Positions 43,376-57,748 of a stretch of DNA of 64,000 bases are shown here, in pieces (positions within the stretch are counted from its first letter, which is position 1; each line of letters begins with the position of its first letter). The DNA lies in the NCBI GenBank assembly GCA_951406725.2, contig OX597826.1:41416001-41480000 (forward strand). The letters run 5' to 3'. Source of the stretch: Octopus vulgaris (lineage: Eukaryota). The translations under genes were made by a program, and so were the position numbers. The notes under the pieces were generated by a model. The model had not been told where the DNA came from. It searched no databases and saw nothing but the letters and a program-made list of their open reading frames with translations.

Positions 43376-43430
<55 letters not shown>
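43060..43430. repeat. (TTTG)n/(CTTT)n microsatellite
   Basis: Read directly from the sequence. Confidence 0.95.
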
Positions 43431-43432
<2 letters not shown>

Positions 43433-44361
43433 ATATTATCATCTGTTTTTACTCTCTTTCACTCTTCGCCTCTATATTTCTTTTAACAATTTTATTGTTA
43501 ACAATTTACTCTACTTCTTCAGTATCAAACGAAAAAGGCCATTTGAGTGTTCACAGTACTTGACGTGGACACAACGCATTTGCTGAGACAGAATGCAACC
43601 AACCACTTTTAGGTTCGAATCCTGGCAAAAGTGCAACAAAATAAGTGTCAATATCGCCGAAAAGCACAGTGCATGATATTAATAATGGATTAACGCCGCC
43701 ATGACTTAAAACAGTACCGCCTTCACAACCGTTTGAGCCAGATTCTGCCAATAACATATGTCTCATCTCACTAGCAAAGATTATCAGCTGCAAGTCTTTA
43801 CGTGATGCTGGAGAAGCCGGGTTTTTCTCCGAGTTTATTACTATTCATAAACACGATTTTGCTGTTTGCCTATGTCTCGTCTGTGATTTCAGTTTGCACA
43901 CGGATTTATCACACTCGACTCATTGTTTTCTTTTTCCATCGGCGTTTCATAATTTATTTCACAGAGAAAGTAATTAACACACACACACATGTGTATGTAT
44001 GCCATTATGTATGTATGTATGTATGTATGTATGTATGTATGTATGTATGTATGTATGTATGTATGTATGTATGTATGTATGTATGTATGCATGGATGTAT
44101 GTATGTATGTATGTATGCATGTATGTATGTGTGTGTGTCTATGTATGTTTGTATTTATGCATGCATATATGTACATATACACATGTATATCGATATTCAT
44201 ACATATGTGTGTGTGTTTAATTACTTTCCTTACGAAATAAATTACGAGATGCCGATGGAAAACCAATGGTTGGGGGCGATAAATCCGCGCTCAAACTGAA
44301 ACCACGAGCGAGAAAAAGCAAACAATTCTCACACACACACACATATATATGTGTGTGTATA

Positions 44362-44545
<184 letters not shown>

Positions 44546-44547
44546 CA

Positions 44548-44578
<31 letters not shown>

Positions 44579-44691
44579 CATGTGCATATGCACATATAAT
44601 GTATATCTAGATAATTACATATGTACGACATACATGTATATATATATTTCAGAAATATATATATTTATATACATATGTGTATATATTCACA

Positions 44692-44786
<95 letters not shown>

Positions 44787-44807
44787 CTTATATACCATAT
44801 ATATCTA

Positions 44808-44849
<42 letters not shown>

Positions 44850-45079
44850 CATTTATACATTCATATGTGTGTATGTATATACGTTATTCACATATGAATG
44901 TGTGGAAGTGCGTGGCATAGTGGTTAGGGTGTTCAACCCATGATCCTAAGATTGTGGTTTCGATTCTTTTTTTATTTTCAGCTTCGGAAAAACAACAAGG
45001 ACTTCGCTCTGCACTCACGCCATAAAAAAAGAAATTCTTCACAGAATTGTAAGTTTATTTTCATCATCTAATTTAAAGA

Positions 45080-46860
45080 ATGTCTGCAAAACATTTTTCT
45101 CCGAATATCCCACCTCCTGAGCGAATGACTTTATCAGGAAATGTGGCTGGCAATTGGAGAAAATTTAAACGAAACTTTTTGAATTATTCAATTGCCAGTC
45201 GACTCTTAAATGAAGTCGATATTGGATATCAAGCTTCTGTATTTCTAGCTACTATTGGAGAAGAATGTTTTGATATATATGAAGGACTATAATTTGACGA
45301 TGAAGAACAGAAAAATCACCTATCTGAAGTGATTAACAAATTCGAGGAATTTTTCGTTGGTGAGACGCACGAGGCTTATGAGTCTTATCAATTCCACCTT
45401 CGGAAACAAAAGAATTTCGAGAACGTAGAAACCTACATAGGTATCTTGCGCCAACTTGCAAAAAAACCCCGCAATTTTGGAGAATTAAAGGACAAACTTA
45501 TTAGGGATCAAGTTATTGGTTCTAAAGACGATCTTTTGAGAGAGAAAAATTTAGCAGACCAAAAGCTAACCATCGTCAAAAAAGCCTACATATAAGTAGA
45601 GCACATGAGACATCAAAGTAACAAACAAAAGCTATCTCCTCAACTGTCAATGCAACAGATCCACAATTAAACTGTGTCACAGGACCAAATAATAGAAAAG
45701 GGTGTCAACATAAAAAGAAGATGCCTGGGAGAAAGTGCATGCGTTGTGGAATTTCACATTTCACAACAGATGACTGCCCCGCCTCAGCAACAAGATGCAG
45801 GTGGTGTTCGAAAATAGGACACTACGCAACTGTTAGCAAGAGTTAGGGGAGTTGAAGAGGAAGAACATAATTTCTTAGGTTATGTTGCTTTGGAAAATAT
45901 AAATTCAGTTTGTGAAGACAATAAGATAGAATGGCAAGCAATAATAGAAGTCACCATCAAAGTCTGCAGCATAATTGTCGAATTTAGATTAGATACTGGC
46001 GCAGATATGAGAGTATTACCTGACCGGTTCTTCAGGAAGAATTCTCCAATAATAAAACCGACAAACAAAAGGTTATATAGACCAGGTCAACACAAAAGAA
46101 AAGTACCTGGACGCTTAGGTGTCACGTTGAGTTATGGGAAAGCAACGTCGCACCAGGAACTGTACGTTGTGCAAGACTTAGCTGAACCATTATTGGGTGG
46201 ACCAGCAATCAAAGCTTTTAATCTATTGAGTAAACTCTATATAATAAAAAGTGAAGGTCTCCAATACAAAAAAAAAGAAAGACTTCTCCAGTGAGTTTGC
46301 AGGCCTAGGGAAATTGAGGCATGTATACAAAATTCACATGGATGAAACAGCTCAATCTTTCTCGATCGCCGTCCCTAGACGACTACCACTTCCTCTGAAG
46401 AAGAAAGTCCAGCAAGAGTTAAAGCGATTGGAAAAAGGGAAAATTATCCGTCCAGTGAAGTCCCCGACAGACTGGTGTTCTCCCATTGTAGCGACCCCGA
46501 AAAAAGCTGAAAGAGTTAGACTTTGTGTCGACTACTCTAAATTAAAGGAAAGTGTGAAAAGGGAAAATTTTCCACTTCCTTCAACTGATCAACTTCTTGC
46601 TGAACTTGAAGGAGCCACAGTGTTCACGAAGCTTGACTGTAACAGTGGTTTCCACCAGAAAGTTCTGCATGAAGACTCACAGGAACTTACCTCTTTCATT
46701 ACACCGTATGGACGATTCTATTACTTACGGTTATCTTTCGGAATAAGCTCCGGACTAGAAATTTTCCACAGAGAAATGTTACACACTATGTCAGGAATAC
46801 TAGGGGTCATTTGTGACATAGGTGATGTCCTGGTCAGTGGAAAAACACAAAAGCAACAAG
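45080..46860 (+). pseudogene. Truncated Ty3/Gypsy LTR retrotransposon gag-protease-RT (Mag-like)
   Basis: Gag GNVAGNWRKFKRNF..; two Zn-knuckles (CMRCGISH..C, CRWCSKIGH); protease FRLDTGA; RT WCSPIV, RLCVDY, LDCNSGFHQ, FITPYGRF and degraded CDIGD. Stops and frameshifts; no LTR seen. Confidence 0.92.
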
Positions 46861-47376
46861 GGTCCCTAATAGTAAGAAGCCATTACTGTATATGCTTTGT
46901 TAATAAACGGATATATCTTATCTTACGCTGGATTCTCTTTCTATTCATTAACCAATATCATCAACCTTCATTATACCACACAAGCATCTCAAAGTTCGTT
47001 CCTGTCTAGCATTTATTATGTTACCCTTAGATGTAAAAATTTGGTAAAATTCTTCTAAACATAAGACACATCTTTTGGTTCCCGGTCTGTATATATATAT
47101 ATATTATGTACAGTTACCCACAGCTTCATCAACGGAATAATAGTTTATTTCGCCATGTGTCAAGCTGAGAACAAGACCGTTTGACTCTTGTCCGTTGAGC
47201 AGATAACGTTTAACCAAGAGACGCTGGTAAAGAAGAAGACAAAAAGAAAAACACTAGAGTGATAACCAACGTTACAATAATTCCATGTCAAGCAGATGTA
47301 AATAAGATGTTAATGGTTTACTAAGTGCACGGTGGCCTATTTTAAAATTCCGATAAAATGTATTTCTTGAAATGCG

Positions 47377-47418
<42 letters not shown>

Positions 47419-47478
47419 CATATATACACATACACATACATGCACACAGATATACACACAGACACACACACATATATA

Positions 47479-47605
47479 CGAGGGGATGCTGAAAAGTTCT
47501 TGGTTTTAAGAGTATCGCAAAAGGCCTGGTTTGAGGCCTAACTTTCCGAGTTCTTTTACAAGGCTTAAAAAACTAAAGGACTGCTGCAATAAGTGTGTGA
47601 ATAAA
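47479..47605 (+). mobile_element. Mariner-type non-autonomous fragment
   Basis: TA|CGAGGGGATGCTGAAAAGTT terminus, typical of mariner TIRs. Confidence 0.5.
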
Positions 47606-47799
47606 GACAAGTGGAAAAGTATATCTCATAAACAATACATAAAGAAAATGCCAAGGTCAGATCAATATCGGAGTAAATGTCTCATCTGTCAAAAGATTAG
47701 CGTCAAGTTGAAAATAATCACACTTTTTGGTCATTGTTTCATTGTATCATTGAAGTTTAAATGTTTGAAAAATGATGATGATGGTGTTTCTTGATTCCA

Positions 47800-48290
47800 A
47801 CCGTAGACGTTGGGTTCATATTTATAAATAACAGTAATTCGTCGTTTCTATATAAATCTATTTCTGTAAACGAAAATACCTTCATTTTGCATAAAATATA
47901 CAACCTTCTGTCAACAACTTCAGTTGAGTAATCCGATCCCATGCAAATATCGAAGAGTCCATTGCCGTAGTTCTTTTGTAACAGAGTAGAGATTTGCGAG
48001 ATAATGGTATGGTTTTACATTAGAAAGGTGGAAGAGTTGTGTTGGAGCTAGTATGGTTGATAGCACCCGTTAGTATCTGTTGGTTAGTTGAAGCGTTGGA
48101 GACAGATGTCAAATTTCCTTTTAGCTACGGAATTAATCTTTTGCTATGAAAGCTTTAGCGCTATCCTATAATGACCCCATCTGAGCTATCGTTTAATATT
48201 AGATCGCAGAGAATTTAATGTAATATAGCTGATGATTAGGTCTCTGACACATTTCGGTAGTCTTATCTTATCCAAATGTGTAAGGATTTA
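47800..48290 (-). pseudogene. Penelope-like reverse transcriptase fragment
   Basis: LFDICMGSDYSTEVVD..LYIL...DLYRNDELL, compared with the PLE RT pattern FDV.MGSYDGAE..ELVGLY.L...LYRDDGL. Confidence 0.75.
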
Positions 48291-49210
48291 AAAAGGTTAC
48301 TGCTCTGATCTTATACACACACATACAATACATACATACACACATACATACATACATACATACATACATACATACATACATACATACATACATACATACA
48401 AGCATATATATATATACAGACATACATTCATACATATATGAATTACACACACGAATGCACGCGCACGCGCACACACACACTTTTATATACACACACATAT
48501 ACATATGTATGTATATTTATGTACACATGCACACATATATACATAGCTATATAAGCACAGATACACATAGAAACGCATATATTCATGTATCTGTGTGTGT
48601 ATGCGTGCGTGTAGTATGTGTATGTGTATGTGAGTATGTGATTGTGTGAGTGTGTGTATGTGTTAAATTAGGTAATCTTCCTAGTAAACACTTTTGCCAA
48701 GAAAATACCCATAACTGATGTATTTATTATAAGAGAACAACATTAATCAGCTCGAAAAACGTGAATAGGTACGATGAGTTTATTCCAAGTGTTTCACTTC
48801 ATTAAGTTGCCGTGACCAATTGAGAGTTTAGTGTTGCTTGTATTAAACTACACACATCATCTACAATGGATTAGAAATTACAACGGTTGGTCATCCACCT
48901 TATATGCAATTATTAGGTATATGTGTGTGTGTATGTAGGTCTAGCTCTAGCTCACTCATTCACTCACTCACTCTCTCACTCATTCACTCACTCACTCACT
49001 CACTCACTCACTCACTCACTCACTCACTCACTCACTCACTCACTCACTCACTCATTCACTCATTCACTTATTCACTCACTCACTCACTCACTCACTCACT
49101 CACTCACTCACTCACTCACTCACTCACTCATTCACTCATTTATTCACTCACTCACTCACGCACTCACTCATTCACTCATTCACTCTCTCTCTCTCTCTCT
49201 CTTTCTCTCT

Positions 49211-49379
<169 letters not shown>

Positions 49380-49564
49380 ATGCCAGATGTAACGACTGAT
49401 CTGCATAATAATTTAGAAATGCAGATGTTCTCTTAAAAAAAAGGAAAAAAAGAGCAGATCAAACTGACTCGCGCTCTCAAAATATAAATGATAAGCGGAA
49501 CAGTGAAAATTTATAAAACATTCCAGGTATTCTCCATCTAAGGTTCCTGAGTGAACACAATTGG

Positions 49565-49870
49565 CATTCCGCCGGATGCAACAACAAGGGTTCTAGTTGA
49601 TCCAATCAACGGAACAGACTGCTCGCCAAATTAACTGCAGATGGTTGAACACTCCACAAACACACGTACCCTTAAAATAGTTCTCCGGGAGATTCAGTGT
49701 GACGGAGAATGTGTCAAGGCCGGCCCTTTGAATTACAGGTATAGCTCATTTTTGCCGGCCGAGTGGACTGGAGCAATATGAAATAAGGTGTCTTGCTCAA
49801 GGACAAAACTGCCGGGTCTTGAACTCGCGATCAGGAACCGAAAACCCCAACCAGTAAGCCACGCGCCTGG
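49565..49870 (-). mobile_element. SINE family D (tail type X)
   Basis: Family D core plus the tail shared with 3231-3420. Confidence 0.8.
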
Positions 49871-50231
49871 ATGAACATATACACATAATCACATATCGAA
49901 TATACCCGTCTGTACTCTGTCAGGACATTGTCTATCTTTCGTTTTAATGACAATAGAACGTGATCTGAGGACCATTTGACTGCCATTCGAAGCTGATCAA
50001 GTAACTGGTTAGAGAGTTTAAGTGTCACGGTAGAATATAAAATTATGGGGCTCTTCAGGGTTGAATTTTGGAGAGGAGAGAGAGAAAGAGAGAGAATAGG
50101 GTTTTGGCCATGAAAGTGGATGGATATTGAGACAATAGCAACTGTTAATTATAAACACACTCAAACACATACGCACACACACTCGTATATATATGTACAT
50201 GCGTATATATACGTATATACAAATATATATA

Positions 50232-50462
50232 TATTTCTTTACTGCCCTCAAGGGGCTGAACATAGAGAGGACAAACAAGGACAGACAAAGGGATTAAGTC
50301 GATTACATAGACCCCAGTGCAAAACTGGTACTTTAATTATCAACCCCAAAAGAATGAAAGGCAAAGTCGACCTCGGTGGAATTTGAACTCAGAACGTAAC
50401 GACAGACGAAATACCGCTAAGCATTTCGCCCGGCGCGCTAACGTTTCTGCCAGCTCTCCGCC
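50232..50462 (-). mobile_element. SINE family A, full length
   Basis: Reverse complement of 42093-42320. Confidence 0.9.
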
Positions 50463-50532
50463 TTATACAAATGTATGTATGTATGTATGTATGTATGTAT
50501 GTATGTATGTATGTATGTATGTATCTACCTAC

Positions 50533-50595
<63 letters not shown>

Positions 50596-50657
50596 CACTA
50601 ACACGCATACACAAGAAAACAAACGCACACATATAAACATATTTCTATGCGTGTACG

Positions 50658-50691
<34 letters not shown>

Positions 50692-51371
50692 GTGAATATT
50701 AATTGTTGACGGTTGATTACGGATGTGTGCAGTACGTGCATTGGATAATTAACTATGGCTATGTGTGTGTGTGTGTGTCTGTGTATACATATATATGTAT
50801 ACGCATACATACATACAAACATACATATATGCATGCATTTATGTATGTATGTATGTATGTATGTATGTATGTATGTATGTACGTATGTAAGTGAGGTCCT
50901 TACTATTTACCTGTGAAATGTCAGACCTCATCATTATATTTTGCAGAAGGTGTGTTGTGTTTGGTTAGAAAACAAAGGTGTATTTAAAGTATGACTTTTA
51001 ATCCAAATCACTTAAAACTTGGAATCTATTTCCTCCTCGCCACAATCCTTCATTTAATTCTCTGATATTCCAACGATTTCTATCTATCTATCTATATATA
51101 TTATATATGTTTTTTGATAGTTTTATGTCTCTTTTAGGTATTAGGTGCAGTTTGATGGGAAGTAAGTTATTTTTGTCAATTGTCATTCTATAAATATTGT
51201 TTTTTGCGTAGACATTAGTCTTGAAGCACATCATTAATTAGATATGTGATTACGTGACATTTATCCATTCCTATTTATATAATAGAACTGAACTTTGTTG
51301 CCACTAGGAATCAAAACCAGGTTGGAGATTTTGTCTTCAAGATTATATTGCATGGTGTTCATTTAGCTTTT

Positions 51372-51554
51372 TTTTATTCTTTTATTCTTTTACTTGTTTC
51401 AAGTCATTTGATTGCGGCCATGCTGGGGCACCACCTTCAGTCGAACAAATCGACCCCAGGACATTTTCTTTGTAAGCCTAGTACTTATTCTATTGGTCTC
51501 TTTTGCCGATAATCACACCAGCATCGGTCGTCAAGCGATGGTGGAGTGGACAAA

Positions 51555-51593
<39 letters not shown>

Positions 51594-51755
51594 GACGGGC
51601 TTCTTTCAGTTTCCGTCTACCAAATCCACTCACAAGGCTTGGGTTGGCCCGAGATCACAGTAGCAGACACTTGCCCAAGGTGCCACGTAGTGGGACTGAA
51701 CTCGGAACCGTGTGGATGGTAAGCAACCTTCTTACCTCACAGCTACGCTGCGGCT
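51372..51755 (-). mobile_element. SINE family B
   Basis: Family B sequence. Confidence 0.9.
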
Positions 51756-51999
51756 AACTTTTAAATATTATTTCGTATGCTTTTTTTTCCGATTAGGTGC
51801 AAATGCCTAAAATTATAGAAGAAAATAGAATACAATAGAAGATAGCGAGAACTATGACGTTCACGCATTTGCAGGGGAAAGTGTCAGCGTAAGTGAAATG
51901 GAGTCGCTTCAAGTGAAAATCGAAACCGATGATTTATGATCTCAATGTGCATGAAATTTTCATTTTGTTCTATTGAGGCCAACACCCGACTTTACATAT

Positions 52000-52205
52000 G
52001 GTTTCTGATTTAAGTATAAGTCCAGCAATTTTAATGGAGAGGGAATTAGTCGGTTCCGTCGATACCAATATTTTACTGGTATTTCCTTTTACCGACTTGA
52101 GAGGATGAAGGCAAAGTCGAGATTTGAACACAGAACGTAATGAGTCGGAACTAATACTAGAAAGAATTTTTTTGAAGCTCTGATGATTCTGGCAGCTCAC
52201 CACCT
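52000..52205 (-). mobile_element. Diverged SINE family A copy
   Basis: gatgaaggcaaagtcga..gatttgaacacagaacgtaa..gattctggcagctcacc. Confidence 0.65.
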
Positions 52206-53189
52206 TCTTTTACCCTACATAGTGAAATGTTAATTAGAATGAGAATCCTAATGTTCGAACACTTGATGAGTTTTCGTCATCAAGATTGCTATAAAGGGAG
52301 TTTTATTCAAATAGAAGTCGAGATCGAAACCGTGTTGCAAGATCAGCACGTTTATATTGCTTGTGTTTGCAACGCAAGGAATCAACCGTTGTATAAGACT
52401 AATAGTTATTTCATTGCTCACAAAAGGATAAAGGTGAAGTCGAGTGTGTTGAATTAGAACAGTGGCGAAACCAAGAAAATAGGTTACGCTTACAACTAGG
52501 CACTGGTCATCTCGGCTACATCTTTCCCCATATTTTAATCTTAAGTGCAATGTGCTCTTTCTGAAAGAAGTGTGCAGGGATTATAGTGCATTCATTGTTA
52601 TGTCAAGTCATTAATTATGTAAATGAATTGGAACATTTATATTGCTTCACTTTTACCTCTCACAACTGGACACTGATTTTATATTATCGTCAGATTGAAA
52701 GAAGTCGAGAAAATTGGGAGAAAGCTGAAAGATAATTTCATCTGACCATATACCCTTCAGATTATCTCTGTTTACCGCATTTTATCCTTGCTTATAGCAT
52801 TAATAAACAGTAGTGATAGAAGCCGTAGCAGCAGCTGTAGTTGTTGTTATAGTAGTTGTACAGAAAGGGCATATGTACCGAAATTTAGGTTAACTTCAAG
52901 GTGGATTTACATAAAATCGATTTCAGATAATGAAGAGAAGATAACTTGAATAAGAGTAGATAGAAATGTTTACCCCGGGGATGGAAACCTGGTTTCAAAC
53001 TTTCTTCAATGTTGTTCACTTTCAACATTATCTTGTTGATGTTATTGCGGTTGTTATTGTTTAGTTCCAGAACAGTTTTCAGGATCACAAAGACCTCTAT
53101 CCATGAACATTCTGTTATCATTCTTCTCAAAGAGCTAGCACTGCATTATCCAAAGTGGCCTTTCAGATGAAATATGGGGCAGATTTTTC

Positions 53190-53601
53190 GGATCTTTTCG
53201 GTTTGAACGGCAGTTTTTTTCTTGCGGTGTCATATGAAATTGTCACCCATAATAATGACCCTAGAATCGATCAATTGCATTTCAATCTCTTTTAGGGTTA
53301 GGGGTGGGGGAAGGGTATCTTTTTTTCTTCACAAATGTAAATAAACCCAATCTGTTTCTTAAACGAGGGACATATTCATACGGCACATAATGCTTTTTAA
53401 CTCAATAGACGTCACTGATTGGTTGAAATTGCGGAAATTGAAGAAAAAAACCCAACAAATATCTTACAAACTATAGAATTTTCTCAATAAAGCCAAGAGA
53501 AAAAGATGTTTTATAAACACATTCTACCAGTATACAAAGTTTAAAATTTTTTAGTTGCCTAGAAATTATGTTAAAAACTGCCGTTCAAATCGAAAAGATC
53601 C
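53190..53601. mobile_element. MITE with ~28-bp TIRs and 8-bp TSD (Merlin- or hAT-like)
   Basis: GGATCTTTTCGGTTTGAACGGCAGTTTTT ... AAAAACTGCCGTTCAAATCGAAAAGATCC. TSD GATTTTTC at 53182-89 and 53602-09. Confidence 0.9.
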
Positions 53602-54200
53602 GATTTTTCTGCTTTGTTTGGAAAGTCATTGGACTGAGCGGGATCTTCTCAGTCTTTTGTGGGTGGTGGAGGTGGTCTACTATATACTTAAGGAATACAA
53701 AAAAGAGCCTTAAATGATCTCAAATTTATTTAAGAGACCAAAAAGTCCCTGTAGTAGGTTAGTGTAACAAAATATTGAAAAGGTGTTAGAAAGCTCCAGA
53801 ATGGAATTGTGATAATTGGGAAGTTCCTGATATCTCCGATTCTTTGAATGACTTCCATGGTAATTTATTAGCCAGGAGTATAAGGTTTGGTTGACACTGG
53901 ATTATTTCTTGCTCTAAATTAATTAAGAGATGATCCTGGATAATGAAATAAATTAGGAAGTACAAAAACTCTACAAGAAATGAACCTAAACACACATATA
54001 CATGTATACACATGTATATATAATACATATATACGCACATTATATATAATATATTTTATACATACAAACACACACACACACATATATATAACACATTTAC
54101 ACACATATATACTATATAATATGTGCATATATATATATAAATTAACGGAATGAGATAAAAATTCCAAGGCTGTGAAAGTTTTCAGAACATTTATAAAGAG

Positions 54201-54248
54201 GTCTTACAGCTGTTTCCGGGATATTTTATATATCCTTTCATCAGAGAC
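54201..54248 (-). ncRNA. Minimal type I hammerhead ribozyme, GUA site
   Basis: Minus strand: GTCT CTGATGA AA GGATAT-ATAAA-ATATCC CG GAAA CAGCTG TA AGAC. Confidence 0.8.
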
Positions 54249-54478
54249 GGTGCGAGAAAATGTTTAAGTAACAGTTATTATAGAGAAGATATGAAATATA
54301 GAGTAAAGTGGTGGAATGAAAACAGAATGTAAGGATATTGTATCTGCAGTTCCATTACTTATGCAGAATGGTGTATATATAAGTTTCCTGTACCTTGTGA
54401 GTGATTTTTGAAGATCTTAAATTTTATTTTTATACAACATAACAATATTGTTTATAAACAATCACCCATAGTGCCCTA

Positions 54479-54554
<76 letters not shown>

Positions 54555-54638
54555 TGTATGTGTGTGTGTGTGTGTGTGTAAGTGTATGTGCGTGTGTATA
54601 TGTATATATATATATATATATATATGTACGTATGTATG

Positions 54639-54717
<79 letters not shown>

Positions 54718-54723
<6 letters not shown>

Positions 54724-55881
54724 AAATCAAAATAAGCATCAGGATATCAAGTAGTGATGCAGTAGAACTGTTTCAAGCAGCTCCAGTTAATTGAACAATG
54801 CAATCATTACATCAATTTAAATGTAGTGCCATCATCAGCTGTACAAATAAATAAATAGAATTTTAACCAGTCGGACACATTATTATAATTTTTCTCAAAT
54901 ACTTTAACAGAGCAAGATGTAAGAAATTTATGTTGTCGCTATTGTAGCTAAGAATAGACTATACTTCCAAGAATCGCATGAAGCCCATTGGGGTCATAGC
55001 TTGTAAAGGATTGTGATCATTTCTAATTCATTTATCTTTTTATTAACTTCTAGATCTAAGACTAGAAGATTGTGTGTTTTGAATAAAGGGCAAAAGTAAG
55101 ATGACAGCTCATGGCTAGGTATGGTCATAAATATTGTCGTATGTATCCCTTTTCCTCAGGGAGGAAAGAATACATTAGGAGTTGTCAATTGGATATAGAG
55201 TAACTGTCTATAAAAAGAGGCTGGGTAGGGGAAGACTTTAAATCATGATATTAATTACCAGTTAAAGGGGCAAGACGCTAAGAAACCTAGGATGTTAATA
55301 CAGAGGAAATTTCATCTTGGGGCCCTATGGGTGATTGTTAATAAACAATATTGTTATGTTGTATGAAAATAAAATTTAAGATTTTCAAAAATATCATAAC
55401 TAAAATAGGTAAAATATGTGCATATATCAATTATAAACATTAAAAAGGAAAGATTACGTAGAATCAGTTTAATATCCATTCATGTACTTAATTAATTGCT
55501 TGTTATGTAGTTTCTATAAAGACTGCCCAGGGCATTTACTAATGGAATACTGGAAAGATAAACATGCTATCTATATATTAATTATAAGCCATGAATCGGA
55601 AAAAAATAATGGGCTTCATGCGATTCTTGGAAGTGTAGTCTATTCTTAGCTACAATAGCGACAACATGAATTTCTTCCATCTTCTTGCTCTGTTAAAGTA
55701 TTTGAGAAAAATTATAATAATGTGTCCGACTGGTTAAAATTCTATTTATTTATTTATGCGGCTGATGACGGCACTGCATTTAAATTGATGTAATGATTGC
55801 ATTTTTCAATTAAATGGAGACGCTTGAAACAGTTCTACTGCATCGCTACTCGATAAATTGTTCCTTATTTTGATTCTATTT
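54718..55881. mobile_element. PLE-type pLTRs as a ~270-bp inverted repeat (54718-54989 / 55608-55881), each arm with a hammerhead-like motif
   Basis: The arms are reverse complements. A second inverted pair is 54404-54481 / 55314-55393. Confidence 0.8.
55756..55843 (+). ncRNA. Hammerhead-like motif with 57-nt helix II (mirror copy at 54757-54844 minus)
   Basis: Helix I ATGCGG/CTGCAT; CTGATGA 55762-68; GAAA 55826-29; CAGTT-CTA. Helix III is imperfect. Confidence 0.6.
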
Positions 55882-56071
55882 ACTTTACTTCGAGCTGTGC
55901 TGATAATATCAGACTGACTTGGTGCTTCAACTTAAGTACCTAATTCAACTGAATCTCAATTATTTCTTATATATATATACAGATAAAGGGTGAAATATAA
56001 TTAATTTAATCAAATCAACAAATTTCACCAAGTAGTATTTCGGTATGGAAAAGGACCATATTCGGTAAAAT

Positions 56072-56167
<96 letters not shown>

Positions 56168-56186
56168 CACACACATATATATACAC

Positions 56187-56255
<69 letters not shown>

Positions 56256-56256
<1 letters not shown>

Positions 56257-56756
56257 TAGAAGTATCGCCCGGCGTTGCTCGGGTTTGTAAGGGAAATAAC
56301 TATATAAGCATTTTTAGAGGGTTACTTCCCTTATAGATGCCAATTCGGGCTTTCTTAGCCATTTCTGTTTTGGTGTCTTCAAGCCATGAAGTCGTTGTTC
56401 TAAAAGAACGCTGGTCTCCTTGACAACGCTTTACGACGTTGATTTCCTTACACTCCCTTCCCCACAGCTTCACGAGGGAGGGAAGAAGGGGGAGAAGCAA
56501 ACAGGTGCAGGTGTGAGCGTGGACGCCAACTCCGCCGCCATCGACACACGAAAAATTATGCATTAAAATGGAATAAAAAATGATGTTAAATTATTTTTAA
56601 AATCGTAGACTCATCGTAGACGCGCGCTAATACTCAGATGGGCTCGATATGAATCCCGACTATAAGATACCCGAATTTGGTTAAACTGTACCGCAAAATG
56701 TGGGAGTAGTTAGGAATCTAAATCGTAGGAGACAGACACTCACACAACTACAGTTT

Positions 56757-56767
<11 letters not shown>
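56256..56767 (-). mobile_element. Non-autonomous Helitron, same family as 19382-19893
   Basis: CTAG terminus at 56256-59, CCCGAGCAACGCCGGG hairpin, near-identical body. The 5' end merges into (TA)n. Confidence 0.9.
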
Positions 56768-56787
<20 letters not shown>

Positions 56788-57693
56788 ATACATACATATA
56801 TATAAAATATATGTATATATACGCACGTACATACACACATACACGCACAGTGGTAAGAAACTCTCCAAAGAGCTGCGCAGTAGAACGACTTCAGAGAAGG
56901 AGACCCCCCGCTCACGAGAGTGTTCCAGCCTACAAATGCCGGGCGGTATCCAGGCCATAACCCGTGGGTATCCTTCTGGTGACACATTTTAACCACTTAG
57001 ACTTTTGCATTTAAACCATCAGGATATTTCATATAGTTGTGGCTCCTCTTCGTTGACTCAGCTTTTAAACTTATACTTAAAAAAAAAAAATAACATTGCT
57101 TGTCACGGCAGCGGTGAAACGTCAACGCTATTACAATGATTCACTCAAAATTGCTTCCATTAGCGTTAAGATACAAAATATTGCCTTCAAACGGCTTAGC
57201 GGTCGTTTTTGTTCCTCCTCGACTAGATAAAACTAGAAGACTTCTTCCTGTTCCTGATATTGCCTTTAGAGCTCTGGTTCCGTTTTTCTCAGAGACTAAG
57301 AGCTGTTTCATTAAATTGTCAGTAGATTTTGCCCGCAAAACTTCTGGCTCCAATCTCGGCATTATTCAATACAACTGTATAATTACAAATCAGTGCAAAT
57401 AAAAAAAGCTGACGATTCAACTCTAATACAAATATATGTTGAATGTTGATGTAACCATGATGTTCTCGTGATCTCATGAGTTAGCCTCCTTTATTTGCAT
57501 TGGTTTGTGAATATACAACTCTGTTGTATAATCTCGAGCATGCACATTAATTAAACATGTAAGCATAATTTCTTTCACACTGAAATTAATACTATATGCA
57601 GAAGGTTACGAAATGGCTGTAATCCTAAGAATGTTATGTGGCTAAATAAAAATATATATACACCTCTCATACCCGATGGCTTTCATGTTTTAT

Positions 57694-57748
<55 letters not shown>

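Noticed and set aside
57136-57402. Overlapping ORFs on both strands in unique sequence
   Set aside because: Short, with no recognisable domain or supporting exon chain, so it cannot be called an exon.
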